Source: a bacterium (GTDB lineage Bacteria > Krumholzibacteriota > Krumholzibacteriia > LZORAL124-64-63). From it: 64,000 nt of DNA. The translations under genes were made by a program, and so were the position numbers. The stretch covers positions 51,787 to 115,786 of the forward strand of contig JAGRNP010000001.1 in NCBI GenBank assembly GCA_020440705.1. Direction: 5' to 3'. The notes below the pieces were generated by a model. It saw only the letters and a list, made by a program, of their open reading frames with translations, was not told the DNA's origin and ran no database searches. This document shows, piece by piece, positions 31,994 through 41,623 of this stretch. Within the stretch, counting starts at the first letter, position 1. Each line of letters begins with the position of its first letter.

Positions 31994-33319
31994 TCACCGG
32001 CCCGCCTTGTCCAGGTGTTCCTGCAGATACCGGTAGCCCGGGGCGAGCTCGCCCCGGTGACAGATGACGGCCTTCTTCAGGTGCGGCGGCAGATGCAGCG
32101 CCTCGAACCCGACGGCGTAGTCGGCCTGGGCCAGGGCCGGCACCATCGCGCCCAGCACCGAGCTGAAATGCAGCGAACTCTCCCGCGGCAGCTCGCACGG
32201 CAGGTTGTCCACCGACATGACCACGGGCCCCGGACCGACCACGCCGTCGGCGACGGTGTCGGTCTCGGGATCGTACACGTAGCAGGGCGCATCGGGCATG
32301 GGCGCCTTCAGCGTCACCTCGATGCTGCCCCCGATGTCGCAGCTGATGTCGCCGATGACGCGCAGGCGCGGCGATCGATCGGGCCCGAAGTTGGCCCGGA
32401 CCCACTTCTTCGTGACCAGGCGCGGGTAGGCGTCGGTCCAGTAGATGGTGTTCAGCAGCGCGTCGAGGTGGGGCAGGTGCCGCTCGAAGACGCCGCGGTA
32501 GTTCTCCGGGCGCTGGTAGTAGTCCTGCAGCACGAACTGGGCCTCGTCGGACCGCGGCCGCACCATGTCCTCCTCGCGGAAGGTCACCTTGAGCAGGGGC
32601 CCGCGTCCGGCCACGTCGCCCTCGGCGGCGGCGGCCAGTTCGGCCGGCGTCACCTCGGTGACGGGCAGGCAGTCGAGGATCGCCGCGCAACCCCGGGCCA
32701 CGTTCCCGTACCCGGCCACGCCGATGACGAGGGGACGTTCCAGGGCCCACAGCCCTTCGCTGCGGATGCGGGCGCCGATCCGGCGCAGGTGCTCCTGCAC
32801 CTCGCCCAGGCTGCCGTACTCGTAGGCGTGCCGCAGCTCGCCGAGAGGCGTGGCGATGCCCTCGTTCTCGAGGCGCGCCGCCAGGGCGACCAGGGTCTCG
32901 ACCGCGCCCGCGTAGCCCGCGTGCAGGCTGAAGAAGATCAGGCGCCGGTTCTGCTCGTCGGCGATCCGCTCGTAGTCGATGAGGGTGGCCCCCACATCCA
33001 GCAGATGCCGCAGCATGGGCATGTTGTAGGCCTGGCCCTTGATGGTGTGCGAGAAGTAGAGGTAGGTCTTGCCCGGTTCGAGTTCGGCGACCGGGATCTC
33101 CTTCACCGCCAGGATCACGTCGGCGGTGCGCAGGTCCGGGACGATGCGCGCACCGACCGCCTCGTATTCCACGTCGCCAAAGACCCGGATCGGCGAGGTC
33201 TGGACCACGACATCGAGATCGTGGCGGTCCCGGAGGGTCGCCACGTCATCCGGAACGAGGGGCACGCGACGTTCCCACTGGTTCTTGTCCTCGCGCCGGA
33301 TGCCGATCGTCACGCCCAT
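31994..33319 (-). CDS. Lysine-ketoglutarate reductase / saccharopine dehydrogenase (L-lysine-forming; AlaDH/PNT-fold, LYS1 / AASS-LKR-domain type)
   Basis: 441 aa, MGVTIGIRREDKNQWERRVPLVPDDVATLRDRHDLDVVVQTSPIRVFGD...VIGVAGYGNVARG... Confidence 0.83.
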   Translation of the reverse strand: MGVTIGIRREDKNQWERRVPLVPDDVATLRDRHDLDVVVQTSPIRVFGDVEYEAVGARIVPDLRTADVILAVKEIPVAELEPGKTYLYFSHTIKGQAYNMPMLRHLLDVGATLIDYERIADEQNRRLIFFSLHAGYAGAVETLVALAARLENEGIATPLGELRHAYEYGSLGEVQEHLRRIGARIRSEGLWALERPLVIGVAGYGNVARGCAAILDCLPVTEVTPAELAAAAEGDVAGRGPLLKVTFREEDMVRPRSDEAQFVLQDYYQRPENYRGVFERHLPHLDALLNTIYWTDAYPRLVTKKWVRANFGPDRSPRLRVIGDISCDIGGSIEVTLKAPMPDAPCYVYDPETDTVADGVVGPGPVVMSVDNLPCELPRESSLHFSSVLGAMVPALAQADYAVGFEALHLPPHLKKAVICHRGELAPGYRYLQEHLDKAGR

Positions 33320-33598
33320 GGGTCACCTGCCGGGATGGTCGCAATCCGGGAGGCCGGGATTGCCGCAGAGGGTTGTGGGACATCGCGAAGGAAACGCCGA
33401 CGGACGGCCCGTCGCCGCCCCAAAGCTAGGAGGCCCGCTGGGCCCCGTCAAGTGCCCCTCCACGGCGCCCTGCCACCCCACCGGGCGCCAAGTTCGACCG
33501 TGACAACGGCCCGCCCGGCCCGCTAGACTGGGCGGGTCCACCGCCGGTCGCCGGACCGGTCGGCACCCCGCCCGCGAGGCCAGCCAAGGAGCCGTGCC

Positions 33599-34072
33599 AT
33601 GAGCCCCAACGCGTACGCCGTCCCGGTCAAGCAAGCCCTCCAGTTCTTCAGCCGGACCTGCAGCGTGTTCAACGAGGACGACTCGGCCTATGCCCCCACG
33701 CCGGGCCAGTTCACGGTGGCCCAGCATGTGGCCCACGTGGCCCAGACCATCGACTGGTTCCTCGCCGGCGGCTTCTCTCCCGAAGGCTTCGACCTCGACT
33801 TCGCCAGCCACCAGGCCCAGGTCCGCGCCGTCGACTCCCTCGCCGAAGCCATGACCTGGCTGGCGCGCAGCGTCGACGCCGCCTCGGCGACCCTCTCCGC
33901 CCAGTCGGCCCAGGACATGATGGCTCCCATCGCCGAGGGCCCCATCATGGCCGGCGAGCCCCGCGCGGCCATCGTCGCCGCCATCGCCGAACACACGGCC
34001 CACCACCGCGGCTCGCTCGCCGTCTACGCCAGGCTCCTCGGCTACGCGCCGCCGATGCCGTATTCCGCCTGA
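33599..34072 (+). CDS. DinB-family (DinB_2/DUF664) metal-dependent protein
   Basis: AAGGAG RBS. 157 aa with HVAHVAQTIDW...EHTAHHRGSLAVY, the His-triad pattern of the DinB/YfiT fold. Confidence 0.78.
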   Translation: MSPNAYAVPVKQALQFFSRTCSVFNEDDSAYAPTPGQFTVAQHVAHVAQTIDWFLAGGFSPEGFDLDFASHQAQVRAVDSLAEAMTWLARSVDAASATLSAQSAQDMMAPIAEGPIMAGEPRAAIVAAIAEHTAHHRGSLAVYARLLGYAPPMPYSA

Positions 34073-34212
34073 GCCGGGCGGGCATCCCCTTGCGGTCACC
34101 ACGACCGGGCCGGGACCGGAAGGCAGGAACGGTCCCGGCCCGGTCGTGATGGCCGCAGGGTGACGACGGCGTGGCATGCAGGCGGGATGCGGGATCGCCC
34201 GTGCGGCGGGGA

Positions 34213-34641
34213 TCAGGCGAAGCCGGCCAGGGCCCAGGCGACCAGGATGAGGGCGACGACGGCCGCGGAGCCGGTGACCAGGCCGGTGCGGCGGGAACGG
34301 AGCCAACCGCTGAGGCCGACGGCGGCCAGCAGGGCGAAGACGCCGAGGCCGAAACTCAGGGAGTTGACGACGCGACCGGTGCCGACGGAAGCGTGGGCCC
34401 GCACGTTGGCCGGGACGTCCGCATGGAGCACGGTCGTCAACATGACCGAGGCCACCACCGACACGACGAAGGCGCACGCGGCCACCGCGGCCGCCCCCAC
34501 GACCCAGCCGGCGACCCGCCGGGGCGCATGCGACACCAGCACGGTCACCAGGAACGTCGCCGCAAATCCCCCCAGGAAAGCTCCCAGGAACGCCAACTGC
34601 CGCGACAGCTCCAACAGGTAGGCATCCGTCAACGCCTGCAT
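34213..34641 (-). CDS. Hypothetical membrane protein (4 predicted TM helices)
   Basis: An internal ATG (M45 of the track ORF) with a GGGGAG RBS gives MQALTDAYLLELSRQLAFLGAFLGGFAATFLVTVLVSH... It lies downstream of PepSY_TM on the same strand. Confidence 0.5.
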   Translation of the reverse strand: MQALTDAYLLELSRQLAFLGAFLGGFAATFLVTVLVSHAPRRVAGWVVGAAAVAACAFVVSVVASVMLTTVLHADVPANVRAHASVGTGRVVNSLSFGLGVFALLAAVGLSGWLRSRRTGLVTGSAAVVALILVAWALAGFA

Positions 34642-34772
34642 CCGATACTCCCCATGGTCGCCGTTGGCGTTTCGCCGGTCGCCCGCACGTGGGGTTCCCG
34701 CCGGGTGTTCGCGCCCGCGGGAGACGTTCCTGCCTTCCGGCTCCCGCGGGCGCGAACACCCGGCTGGAGGCA

Positions 34773-35327
34773 CTACGCCCGGACGACCAGCGTGTACACC
34801 AACGGCAGGACGATGCCCAGCGCCATGAGGAGGCCGCCCCGGCCCTTGAGGCCCTTGCGCCCCCGCACGAGCCAGGGTCCGGTCAATGCCAGGATGATCA
34901 GGATGCCGGCGTAGACGTCGGCGATCCCGGTCCAGGGCGCCTTGCCGAGATTGAGGTGCATGAAGTTGAGGTCGAAGAGCAACGGCCGCTTGCGGAACCC
35001 GTGCTGGGTGATCTCCCCCGAGGCCAGATCGACGTCGTAGCCGCCGCCCTCGACGAAGACCTGCAGGGTGGTCGAGTCGGCGCGCCAGGTGTTCTTGACC
35101 TCGTCGCCGAGGCCCAGGCGCTCGATCACGAGCGCCCGGATCTCGTCGGTCGGGTGCACGCCCACCGGCTCCATGCGCTCCACCGTGAGGGTGCGCTGGT
35201 AGTTGGCGTCCCAGTGGTGGGCATGGTTGACGGCGATGCCGCTGACGGCGTAGACGAGGGTCAGGCCCACGGCAAGGAAACCCAGCTCCCGGTGCAGGGT
35301 GCGGCAGATCTTCCGGAATCGCTGCAT
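34773..35327 (-). CDS. PepSY-associated TM helix domain protein
   Basis: MQRFRKICRTLHRELGFLAVGLTLVYAVSGIAVNH..., the PepSY_TM N-terminal signature, with a second TM near the C-terminus. Confidence 0.7.
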   Translation of the reverse strand: MQRFRKICRTLHRELGFLAVGLTLVYAVSGIAVNHAHHWDANYQRTLTVERMEPVGVHPTDEIRALVIERLGLGDEVKNTWRADSTTLQVFVEGGGYDVDLASGEITQHGFRKRPLLFDLNFMHLNLGKAPWTGIADVYAGILIILALTGPWLVRGRKGLKGRGGLLMALGIVLPLVYTLVVRA

Positions 35328-35331
35328 GCGG

Positions 35332-35808
35332 CTACTTCTTGGCGACGACGGCGCCGGTGCCGCTCAGCTGGTACAGCGTCATGCAGGTGGTGACCGACGC
35401 GGCGTCGAAGTCCTTGCCGTCCTTCTTGGCCTCCATCTCGCAGACCTTCTTCGTGGTCTCGAGGTCGAGCTCGTTGGCGGTCCAGACGCCCTCGGCCAGC
35501 ACGGTGTCGCCCAGCATCTCGGGCGGGAAGACGATGACGCCGTCCTTCACCTTCACGCGCACGGTCTCGCCCTCGACGTCCGAAGCCAGGTTCACCCAGC
35601 AGCCGCGGTGCTCGCACACGCCGACGGCAGTGCCCTTGACGCGGATCGTCTTGCCCACGTAGGCGTCGGGGTTGGCCAGCAGCGTGCTCACCAGCACAGT
35701 GTCGGACCCGCTGACGCCCTGGCCGTAGACGGTCTCGGCCTTGTCGGCCTGGGCGGCGACGGCGAGCAGCGAGCACAGGGCCATGGAAACGAGGATGATC
35801 TTGCGCAT
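35332..35808 (-). CDS. DUF4920 domain protein (secreted)
   Basis: An internal ATG with a GGGGGAGAA RBS gives MRKIILVSMALCSLLAVAAQA (signal peptide)...VKGTAVGVCEHRGCWVNLASD.... Confidence 0.68.
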   Translation of the reverse strand: MRKIILVSMALCSLLAVAAQADKAETVYGQGVSGSDTVLVSTLLANPDAYVGKTIRVKGTAVGVCEHRGCWVNLASDVEGETVRVKVKDGVIVFPPEMLGDTVLAEGVWTANELDLETTKKVCEMEAKKDGKDFDAASVTTCMTLYQLSGTGAVVAKK

Positions 35809-36021
35809 GTGGTTCTCCCCCACGGTGATGGTGCGAGCGGGGCCGCCCGGTCGCGTCCGGGGGCCTGTTTATCTTCTGGCAAAAGGATGGGCATTCGAAC
35901 GGGTCTTTTCAAGAGGATTCGGTCGTGTCTCGGGAAATGTGTCTCGACGCAGCCGCACCGATCGCTTCCCCGGATCCGTTCCGGACGCGCATCTCAGCTC
36001 GCGCCTCCGCCCCCGGCCGGA

Positions 36022-36993
36022 TCAGGCCCCGGCGCCGAGGGCGAAGCGCAGCCCCCGGGCCAGACCGTTGCGCCAGTTCACCCAGTTGTGTCCGGCAGCG
36101 CGCAGTTCCAGGCGGGCCGACATCCCCGCGGCCGCGAGGGCCGCCACGAGCCGCTCGTTGCTGCCGGTCAGCCATTCGAGGGTGCCGCAGTCCAGGTGCC
36201 AGGCGATGTCCCGCGGGGCCTCGACCTCGACCCGCTGCCGGAAGGCCTCCCGGCCCTCGAAGGGCCACGACAGGTCCATGTCCGGCGAAAAGAGGAACGC
36301 CCCGGACTGGGCCACCACCCGCTGGAAGAGCTCCGGGTGGTCCCAGGCCAGGTAGGCGCTGCACAGTCCGCCCAGGCTCGCGCCCCACGCCGTGCGCCGG
36401 CCGTCGCCGGCGATGCGGGCCTCGACCGCGGGCAGCACCTCGGCGACCAGGTGCGCGAGGTAGTCCGGATTGAAGGCGTACTCCCGGGTGCGGTCGTTGG
36501 GGGTGACGAAGACGAGGTGGGCCGGCGCGACCTCGCCCGCGGCGAGGAGGCGATCGAGCACCTGCGCCACGCGGCCCCAGCCGAAGTAGGCCTTGCCGTC
36601 CTGGAACCACACCGCCGGCAGCTCGGCGTCGGCGTGCCCCGCCGGCGTGTACACCAGCACCTGGCGCGCCGCGGGGAAGCGGGCCGTCTCCACCCGCAGG
36701 CGCAGCACGCGTCCAGCGGGCTTGACGCCTTCCTCGACGACCCACCGGTCGGGGGCGTAGGCGGGCCCCATCAGGTTCGAGGCGAAGGTCCACCAGGGAT
36801 TCAGGCGCGGATTGGGGTTGTCCGGATCGGGCCGCTTCTCGCCGTCGGCGTCCTGCCAGGCGTACTCGAAGTAGGCGTCGTCGGGGATCTCGAAGGGCGC
36901 CAGGCGCTCGACCGGGACCGGCGCCTTGCGCCAGTCGGTGTGGTCGCTCCACAGGTGCGTGGCCCAGGCGGGCGGCTGCAGGTCGACGCGCAC
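36022..36993 (-). CDS. Esterase family protein (enterochelin-esterase-like alpha/beta hydrolase, PF00756)
   Basis: 323 aa with a GTG start. ...VLVYTPAGH...GASLGGLCSAYLAWDHPELFQRVVAQSGAF...GHNW.... Confidence 0.78.
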   Translation of the reverse strand: MRVDLQPPAWATHLWSDHTDWRKAPVPVERLAPFEIPDDAYFEYAWQDADGEKRPDPDNPNPRLNPWWTFASNLMGPAYAPDRWVVEEGVKPAGRVLRLRVETARFPAARQVLVYTPAGHADAELPAVWFQDGKAYFGWGRVAQVLDRLLAAGEVAPAHLVFVTPNDRTREYAFNPDYLAHLVAEVLPAVEARIAGDGRRTAWGASLGGLCSAYLAWDHPELFQRVVAQSGAFLFSPDMDLSWPFEGREAFRQRVEVEAPRDIAWHLDCGTLEWLTGSNERLVAALAAAGMSARLELRAAGHNWVNWRNGLARGLRFALGAGA

Positions 36994-37000
36994 GGCCGGA

Positions 37001-37327
37001 TCAGGTCCGCAGGTCGCGGCCGGTCTTGGCCTTCAGGGTGGCCACCTTGCCGTCGAGGCGGCCGCCCGGTCCGGGGCGCCAGTCGAACTTCAGGTTGCAG
37101 GCGATGCGCCCGCAATCGGCGCTCATGCGTTCGTAGCACTTCTTCACCACGGCCATCACCTCGTCGTACTCGCCCTCGAGGCAGGTGCCCATGGGGCCGA
37201 GGCGGTAGGGCAGGCCGCTGTCGTCGATGATCTCGAGGTTGCGCTTCACGTACTCGCTCACGCTCGCCCCCTTGTCGGTGGGGAACATGGCGAACTCCAG
37301 CAGCACCATCGCGAACTCCTTCCGCAT
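37001..37327 (-). CDS. MTH1187/YkoF family protein (DUF77, thiamine/ligand-binding ACT-like)
   Basis: 108 aa, MRKEFAMVLLEFAMFPTDKGASVSEYVKRNLEIIDDSGLPYRLGPMGTCLEGEYDEVMAVVKKCYE. The real start may be the Met at residue 7. Confidence 0.75.
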   Translation of the reverse strand: MRKEFAMVLLEFAMFPTDKGASVSEYVKRNLEIIDDSGLPYRLGPMGTCLEGEYDEVMAVVKKCYERMSADCGRIACNLKFDWRPGPGGRLDGKVATLKAKTGRDLRT

Positions 37328-37346
37328 CCGGCCCGATCGGGCCGGA

Positions 37347-39161
37347 CTACTCCTCGCCCGTCGAGAGCTTGGCCCGCTTGGCCGCGCGCTTGCGGTCGTT
37401 CTCGTCGAGCAGGGCCTTGCGCAGCCGGATCGACTTGGGCGTCACCTCGACATACTCGTCGTGGTTCAGGTACTCGAGAGCCTCCTCGAGACTCATCTTC
37501 AGGGGCGGGGCGATGCGCATCTTCCGGTCCGAGCCCGAGGCCCGCATGTTCGTCAGCTGCTTCGCCTTCTGGGCGTTCACGACCAGATCGTCGTCGCGCG
37601 TGTTCTCGCCGATGATCTGCCCCGTGTAGAGATTGTCGCCCGCTTCGACGAAGAAGATGCCGCGGTCCTGCAGGGCGTCCAGCGCGAAGGCCACGGCCTT
37701 GCCGGGCCCCATCGAGATCAGCGAGCCGTTGGTGCGCTCGGGGATCGAGCCCTTGAAGTACTGGTAGTCGTGGAAGCGGTGGTGCATGACGATCTCGCCG
37801 GCCGTCGCCCGCAGCATCCGGCTGCGGAAACCGATCAGGCCACGGCTCGGGATGTGGAACGTGATCAGGGTGCGGCCCCCGCGCTGCTCCATGTTGACCA
37901 TGTCGCCCTTGCGCGTGGCGGCGTACTCGATGACGGTGCCGGCGAGGTCCGACGGCACGTCCACGTTGAGGGTCTCGATGGGCTCGGCCTTCTTGCCCCC
38001 GATCTCCTTGTAGATCACCTGGGGCTGGCCCACCATGAACTCGTAGCCTTCGCGCCGCATGTTCTCCATGAGGATCGACAGGTGCAGGATGCCGCGCCCC
38101 GAGACCTTGAAGCCGTCGCCCAGGTCCTGCACGCGCAGGGCCACGTCGCGCTCGGTCTCGCGCAGCAGGCGCTCGAGCACCTGGCGGCTGGTGACGTACT
38201 TGCCCTCCTGGCCGTAGCCCGGGCTGTCGTTGGGCCGGAAGGTCATGCTCAGGGTCGGATCGTCGACGGCGATCAGGGGCAACGGCTCCGGCATCTCGAC
38301 GTCGGCGATGGTGTCGCCGATGTCGACGCCCTCGAGGCCGACGACCGCGCAGATGTCGCCGCAGCCGACGTGCTCCACCTCGGCCTTGCCCAGGTTGTCG
38401 AACACGTAGAGCCGGCGCACCTGGGCCTTCACCTGCGAGCCGTCCCGCTTGCACAGCATGACCTGCTGCTTCGCCTTGAGCGAGCCGCGCACGATGCGGC
38501 CCACGCCGATGCGGCCCACGTAGCCGCTGTGGTCCATGGCCGCCACGAGCATCTGCAACGGCCCCTCCTGGATCTTCGGCGCCGGCACGTGGTCGACGAT
38601 GAGGTCGAGCAGCGGGCTGAGGTCCCTGCGCTCGTCCTCCAGTTCGCCCACCGCCCAGCCGTCGCGGCCCGCGGCGTACACGCCGCGGAAGTCGAGTTGC
38701 TCGTCCGTCGCGTTCAGTTCGAGGAAGAGATTGAAGATCTCGTCGAGCACCTCGTCCGGCCGGGCGCTCGGCCGGTCGACCTTGTTGATCACGACCACGG
38801 GTTTCAGGTCGAGCTGCATGGCCTTCTGCAGCACGAACCGCGTCTGGGGCATGGGCCCTTCGAAGGCGTCGACGAGCAGCAGCACGCCATCGGCCATCTT
38901 GAGCACCCGTTCCACCTCGCCGCCGAAGTCGGCGTGGCCCGGGGTGTCGATCAGGTTGATGCGCGTGTCCCGGTAGGTGATCGAGAAGTTCTTCGACGTG
39001 ATGGTGATGCCCCGCTCGCGCTCGAGGTCGTTGGAGTCCATCACGCGCTCCTGCACTTCCTGGCCGGCGCGGAACACGTGGCACTGGCGCAGGATCTGGT
39101 CGACGAGCGTGGTCTTGCCGTGATCGACGTGGGCGATGATGGCGACGTTGCGGATCTGCAT
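37347..39161 (-). CDS. typA: Translational GTPase TypA/BipA
   Basis: This is the real 604-aa part of the chimeric 699-aa [29 protein letters not shown]...[43 protein letters not shown]...[10 protein letters not shown]... Confidence 0.9.
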   Translation of the reverse strand: MQIRNVAIIAHVDHGKTTLVDQILRQCHVFRAGQEVQERVMDSNDLERERGITITSKNFSITYRDTRINLIDTPGHADFGGEVERVLKMADGVLLLVDAFEGPMPQTRFVLQKAMQLDLKPVVVINKVDRPSARPDEVLDEIFNLFLELNATDEQLDFRGVYAAGRDGWAVGELEDERRDLSPLLDLIVDHVPAPKIQEGPLQMLVAAMDHSGYVGRIGVGRIVRGSLKAKQQVMLCKRDGSQVKAQVRRLYVFDNLGKAEVEHVGCGDICAVVGLEGVDIGDTIADVEMPEPLPLIAVDDPTLSMTFRPNDSPGYGQEGKYVTSRQVLERLLRETERDVALRVQDLGDGFKVSGRGILHLSILMENMRREGYEFMVGQPQVIYKEIGGKKAEPIETLNVDVPSDLAGTVIEYAATRKGDMVNMEQRGGRTLITFHIPSRGLIGFRSRMLRATAGEIVMHHRFHDYQYFKGSIPERTNGSLISMGPGKAVAFALDALQDRGIFFVEAGDNLYTGQIIGENTRDDDLVVNAQKAKQLTNMRASGSDRKMRIAPPLKMSLEEALEYLNHDEYVEVTPKSIRLRKALLDENDRKRAAKRAKLSTGEE

Positions 39162-39378
39162 GCGGATCGACCTCGAAACGGGAACGGGTCCGGTTGGGGC
39201 GGCGGCATTTCCGGCGCCCGGGCGGGCCAAAGAATAGTCTGCCGCGTCTTCGCGCGCCAATCCGACCGCCGGGGCGCGCCCAAATCCGTCTTGACCGCCG
39301 GACCCCGCCGCGGCGAGAATGATTGTGGTCCGATGACAACAAGGACCGGATCGAGCTTCTCGCCACAAGGAGCCCGCC

Positions 39379-40374
39379 ATGACCGCCGGAACCCCCGCCA
39401 CCGACGAGGCCGTGCGCCTGCTGCGTGAACTGGGCCTGACCGCCACCGAGGCCGAGGTCTACTGCGCCGCCCTGCAGGCCGCCGTCAGCGAACCCGTCAG
39501 CAGCTACAAGCTGGCCCAGGCCATGGGCCGCGACCCGGCCAACGTGGGCAAGATCCTCGCCGCGCTCGTGCACCGCGACGCCATGGCCGTGGTCCAGGAC
39601 AAGCCCCGCCTCTACCTCCCCACCGCCCCGGACGTCTTCACGGCCCGGATCCGCGCCCGGCTCGTGCGCCACGCCCGCGACGCCGCCGCGGCCCTCGAGG
39701 ACCTGCGCGACGCCCCGGAGCGCCCCGAAGCCGTGGGCCTGGCCCTGGCCGACCCGGAAGCCGTCTTCGCCCGGGCCCGGACGCTGCTGGCCGGCTGCGG
39801 GCGGCGCGCCGTGGTCTTCGGGGCCAAGGAATGCCTGCGCGAGATCGGCGCCGAACTGGAGGCCGCCGCCGAGCCGGACGACCGCGAGGTGCTCGTCCTG
39901 AGCCCCGCGGCCATGCAGGCCGAGCACGCCATGATCGCGGTCTTCAGCCCCCTGAGCGGCCTGGGCGACCTGCCGGGGCGCGACTTCCTGCAGCTGGTGG
40001 TCGACGATCGCGCCTGGCTGGCGGCCGACCTCGGTCCGGACGCCCCGGTCCCCTGCGGCTGGTGGAGCGACCACAGTCCCGCCGCCCGGGTCCTGGCCGG
40101 CTCGCTCACCCTGGCCTGGCACGCCGGCCACGCCGCCGGTCCCCGCCACGAGGTCGCACCCTGCGCTCCCGCACCGGAGCCTGAACCGGGGGCGGAGTCC
40201 GCAGCCGAGTCGGCGCCGATCGCCGCGTCGGAACCGGCGCCCACGCCCGAACCCGCACCCGCGGCGCCGGTCGCGCCCCAGCCCCCGGCCCCTGTGGAGA
40301 CGCCGTCCGCGGCCTCCGACGAAGGCGACGACGGCCTGACGTTCCTCGTCCGCCACGACCGCCGCCCCGGCTGA
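39379..40374 (+). CDS. TrmB-like HTH transcriptional regulator with a Pro/Ala/Glu-rich low-complexity C-terminal tail
   Basis: AAGGAG RBS. The N-terminus LRELGLTATEAEVYCAALQAAVSEPVSSYKLAQAMGRDPANVGKILAALVHRD is a TrmB-type wHTH. It is divergent from typA. Confidence 0.62.
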   Translation: MTAGTPATDEAVRLLRELGLTATEAEVYCAALQAAVSEPVSSYKLAQAMGRDPANVGKILAALVHRDAMAVVQDKPRLYLPTAPDVFTARIRARLVRHARDAAAALEDLRDAPERPEAVGLALADPEAVFARARTLLAGCGRRAVVFGAKECLREIGAELEAAAEPDDREVLVLSPAAMQAEHAMIAVFSPLSGLGDLPGRDFLQLVVDDRAWLAADLGPDAPVPCGWWSDHSPAARVLAGSLTLAWHAGHAAGPRHEVAPCAPAPEPEPGAESAAESAPIAASEPAPTPEPAPAAPVAPQPPAPVETPSAASDEGDDGLTFLVRHDRRPG

Positions 40375-40381
40375 CGGGCAC

Positions 40382-40408
40382 AAAAAAAGGGAGAGCCGGA
40401 GCCCTCCC
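40382..40408 (-). terminator. Rho-independent terminator downstream of the DAG kinase gene
   Basis: The minus strand reads GGGAGGGCTCCGGCTCTCCC followed by TTTTTTTGTG. Confidence 0.6.
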
Positions 40409-40538
40409 GATGCATGGGTCGGTTCTTCTGCATGGTGCGTTTCGGAAACGGGACTGCGTCGTGTGTTGCACCCAGCGGGAACCGATCAGCTGCAGGAAAG
40501 ATACGGAATCCCCATGCGGGCGGCAAATCGCGCCAGTG

Positions 40539-41528
40539 CTACTTCCGGCTGCGCTGCCACAGGTTCTTCCAGTTCAGGTCGTCCAGGAAGCCCCGCTGCT
40601 CCGGGTTCTCCCGGTACCGCTTGCCCACGATCAGCTTGACGCCGCCCGCGATGATCTCCGCCCGCAACGGCGTCTGCCCCATCTCCTCCCCGTCGATCTG
40701 CACGGCCACCGGCGGCTGGGTCGCGATGGTCACCTCCCGGGCCTGGAAATGGTGCAGGCGCGGCGTGGGCCTGTAGCGCCAGGTGAGCATGCGGAACAGG
40801 ACGGCGACGAGGTCCCACAGGGAGCGGCTCGAGATCACCGTCAGGTCGAAACGCTCGTCGTGGGCGCTCGTGTCGGGCGTCACCTTCAGGTTGATGTCGC
40901 CGATCTTGCCGATGTTCGACAGCAGGATGGTGTTGCCCTCGAACTCGTGCACCTCCCCCCGGTCGGCCTCGATGACGATCTTCACCTCGTCCATGTTCAG
41001 GGCGTTGCGGACCCCGGCCCAGAGGTAGGTGAAGACACCGAAGAGGTTCTTCAGGCGACGCGGCGAATCCTGGATCACCTTGGCCGGATAGCCCATGGCC
41101 GCCATGAGGAAGAAGTGCCGGTCGTGCTCGGGCAGGAAGCCCACGTCGAAGGCCAGCACGCGGCTCTCCAGGATGTTGGTGATGGCCATGCCCGGGAACC
41201 ACGGCAGGGCCAGTGCCAGCGAGACGACGTTGGCCGTCCCCACCGGCACCACGGCGATGGGCACCTTGCGCTCGGTGCGCGCCTGCCCGGAAACCACCTC
41301 GCCCACCGTCCCGTCGCCTCCGATGGCCACGATGAGATCGAAGCCGTCGTCGGCCGCTCCCCGCGACCAGCGCATGGCGTCGCCCTGGCCGCTGGTGACC
41401 CGCACCGAACAGGTGACCCCCTTCGCTTCGAACGATCCCCGCAGTTGCTGGCCCAGGCGCAGACCCCGGGCCTGCCCGGCCACGGGGTTGACGATCAGCA
41501 CGGCGCGGCTGTAGGGGGATGCGCTCAA
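40539..41528 (-). CDS. Diacylglycerol kinase catalytic-domain lipid kinase (YegS/DagK family)
   Basis: 329 aa, ...AVLIVNPVAGQARG...DLIVAIGGDGTVGEVV...VPIAVVPVGTANV... Confidence 0.85.
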   Translation of the reverse strand: MSASPYSRAVLIVNPVAGQARGLRLGQQLRGSFEAKGVTCSVRVTSGQGDAMRWSRGAADDGFDLIVAIGGDGTVGEVVSGQARTERKVPIAVVPVGTANVVSLALALPWFPGMAITNILESRVLAFDVGFLPEHDRHFFLMAAMGYPAKVIQDSPRRLKNLFGVFTYLWAGVRNALNMDEVKIVIEADRGEVHEFEGNTILLSNIGKIGDINLKVTPDTSAHDERFDLTVISSRSLWDLVAVLFRMLTWRYRPTPRLHHFQAREVTIATQPPVAVQIDGEEMGQTPLRAEIIAGGVKLIVGKRYRENPEQRGFLDDLNWKNLWQRSRK

Positions 41529-41623
41529 ATGGTGGCTGCCCGGTTCGGGATACGGAAAAAGGCGGCGACGCCCGGAACCGCAACAGGATAGGGCGCTTGG
41601 GCGGGGGATTCAAGAACTGACGG

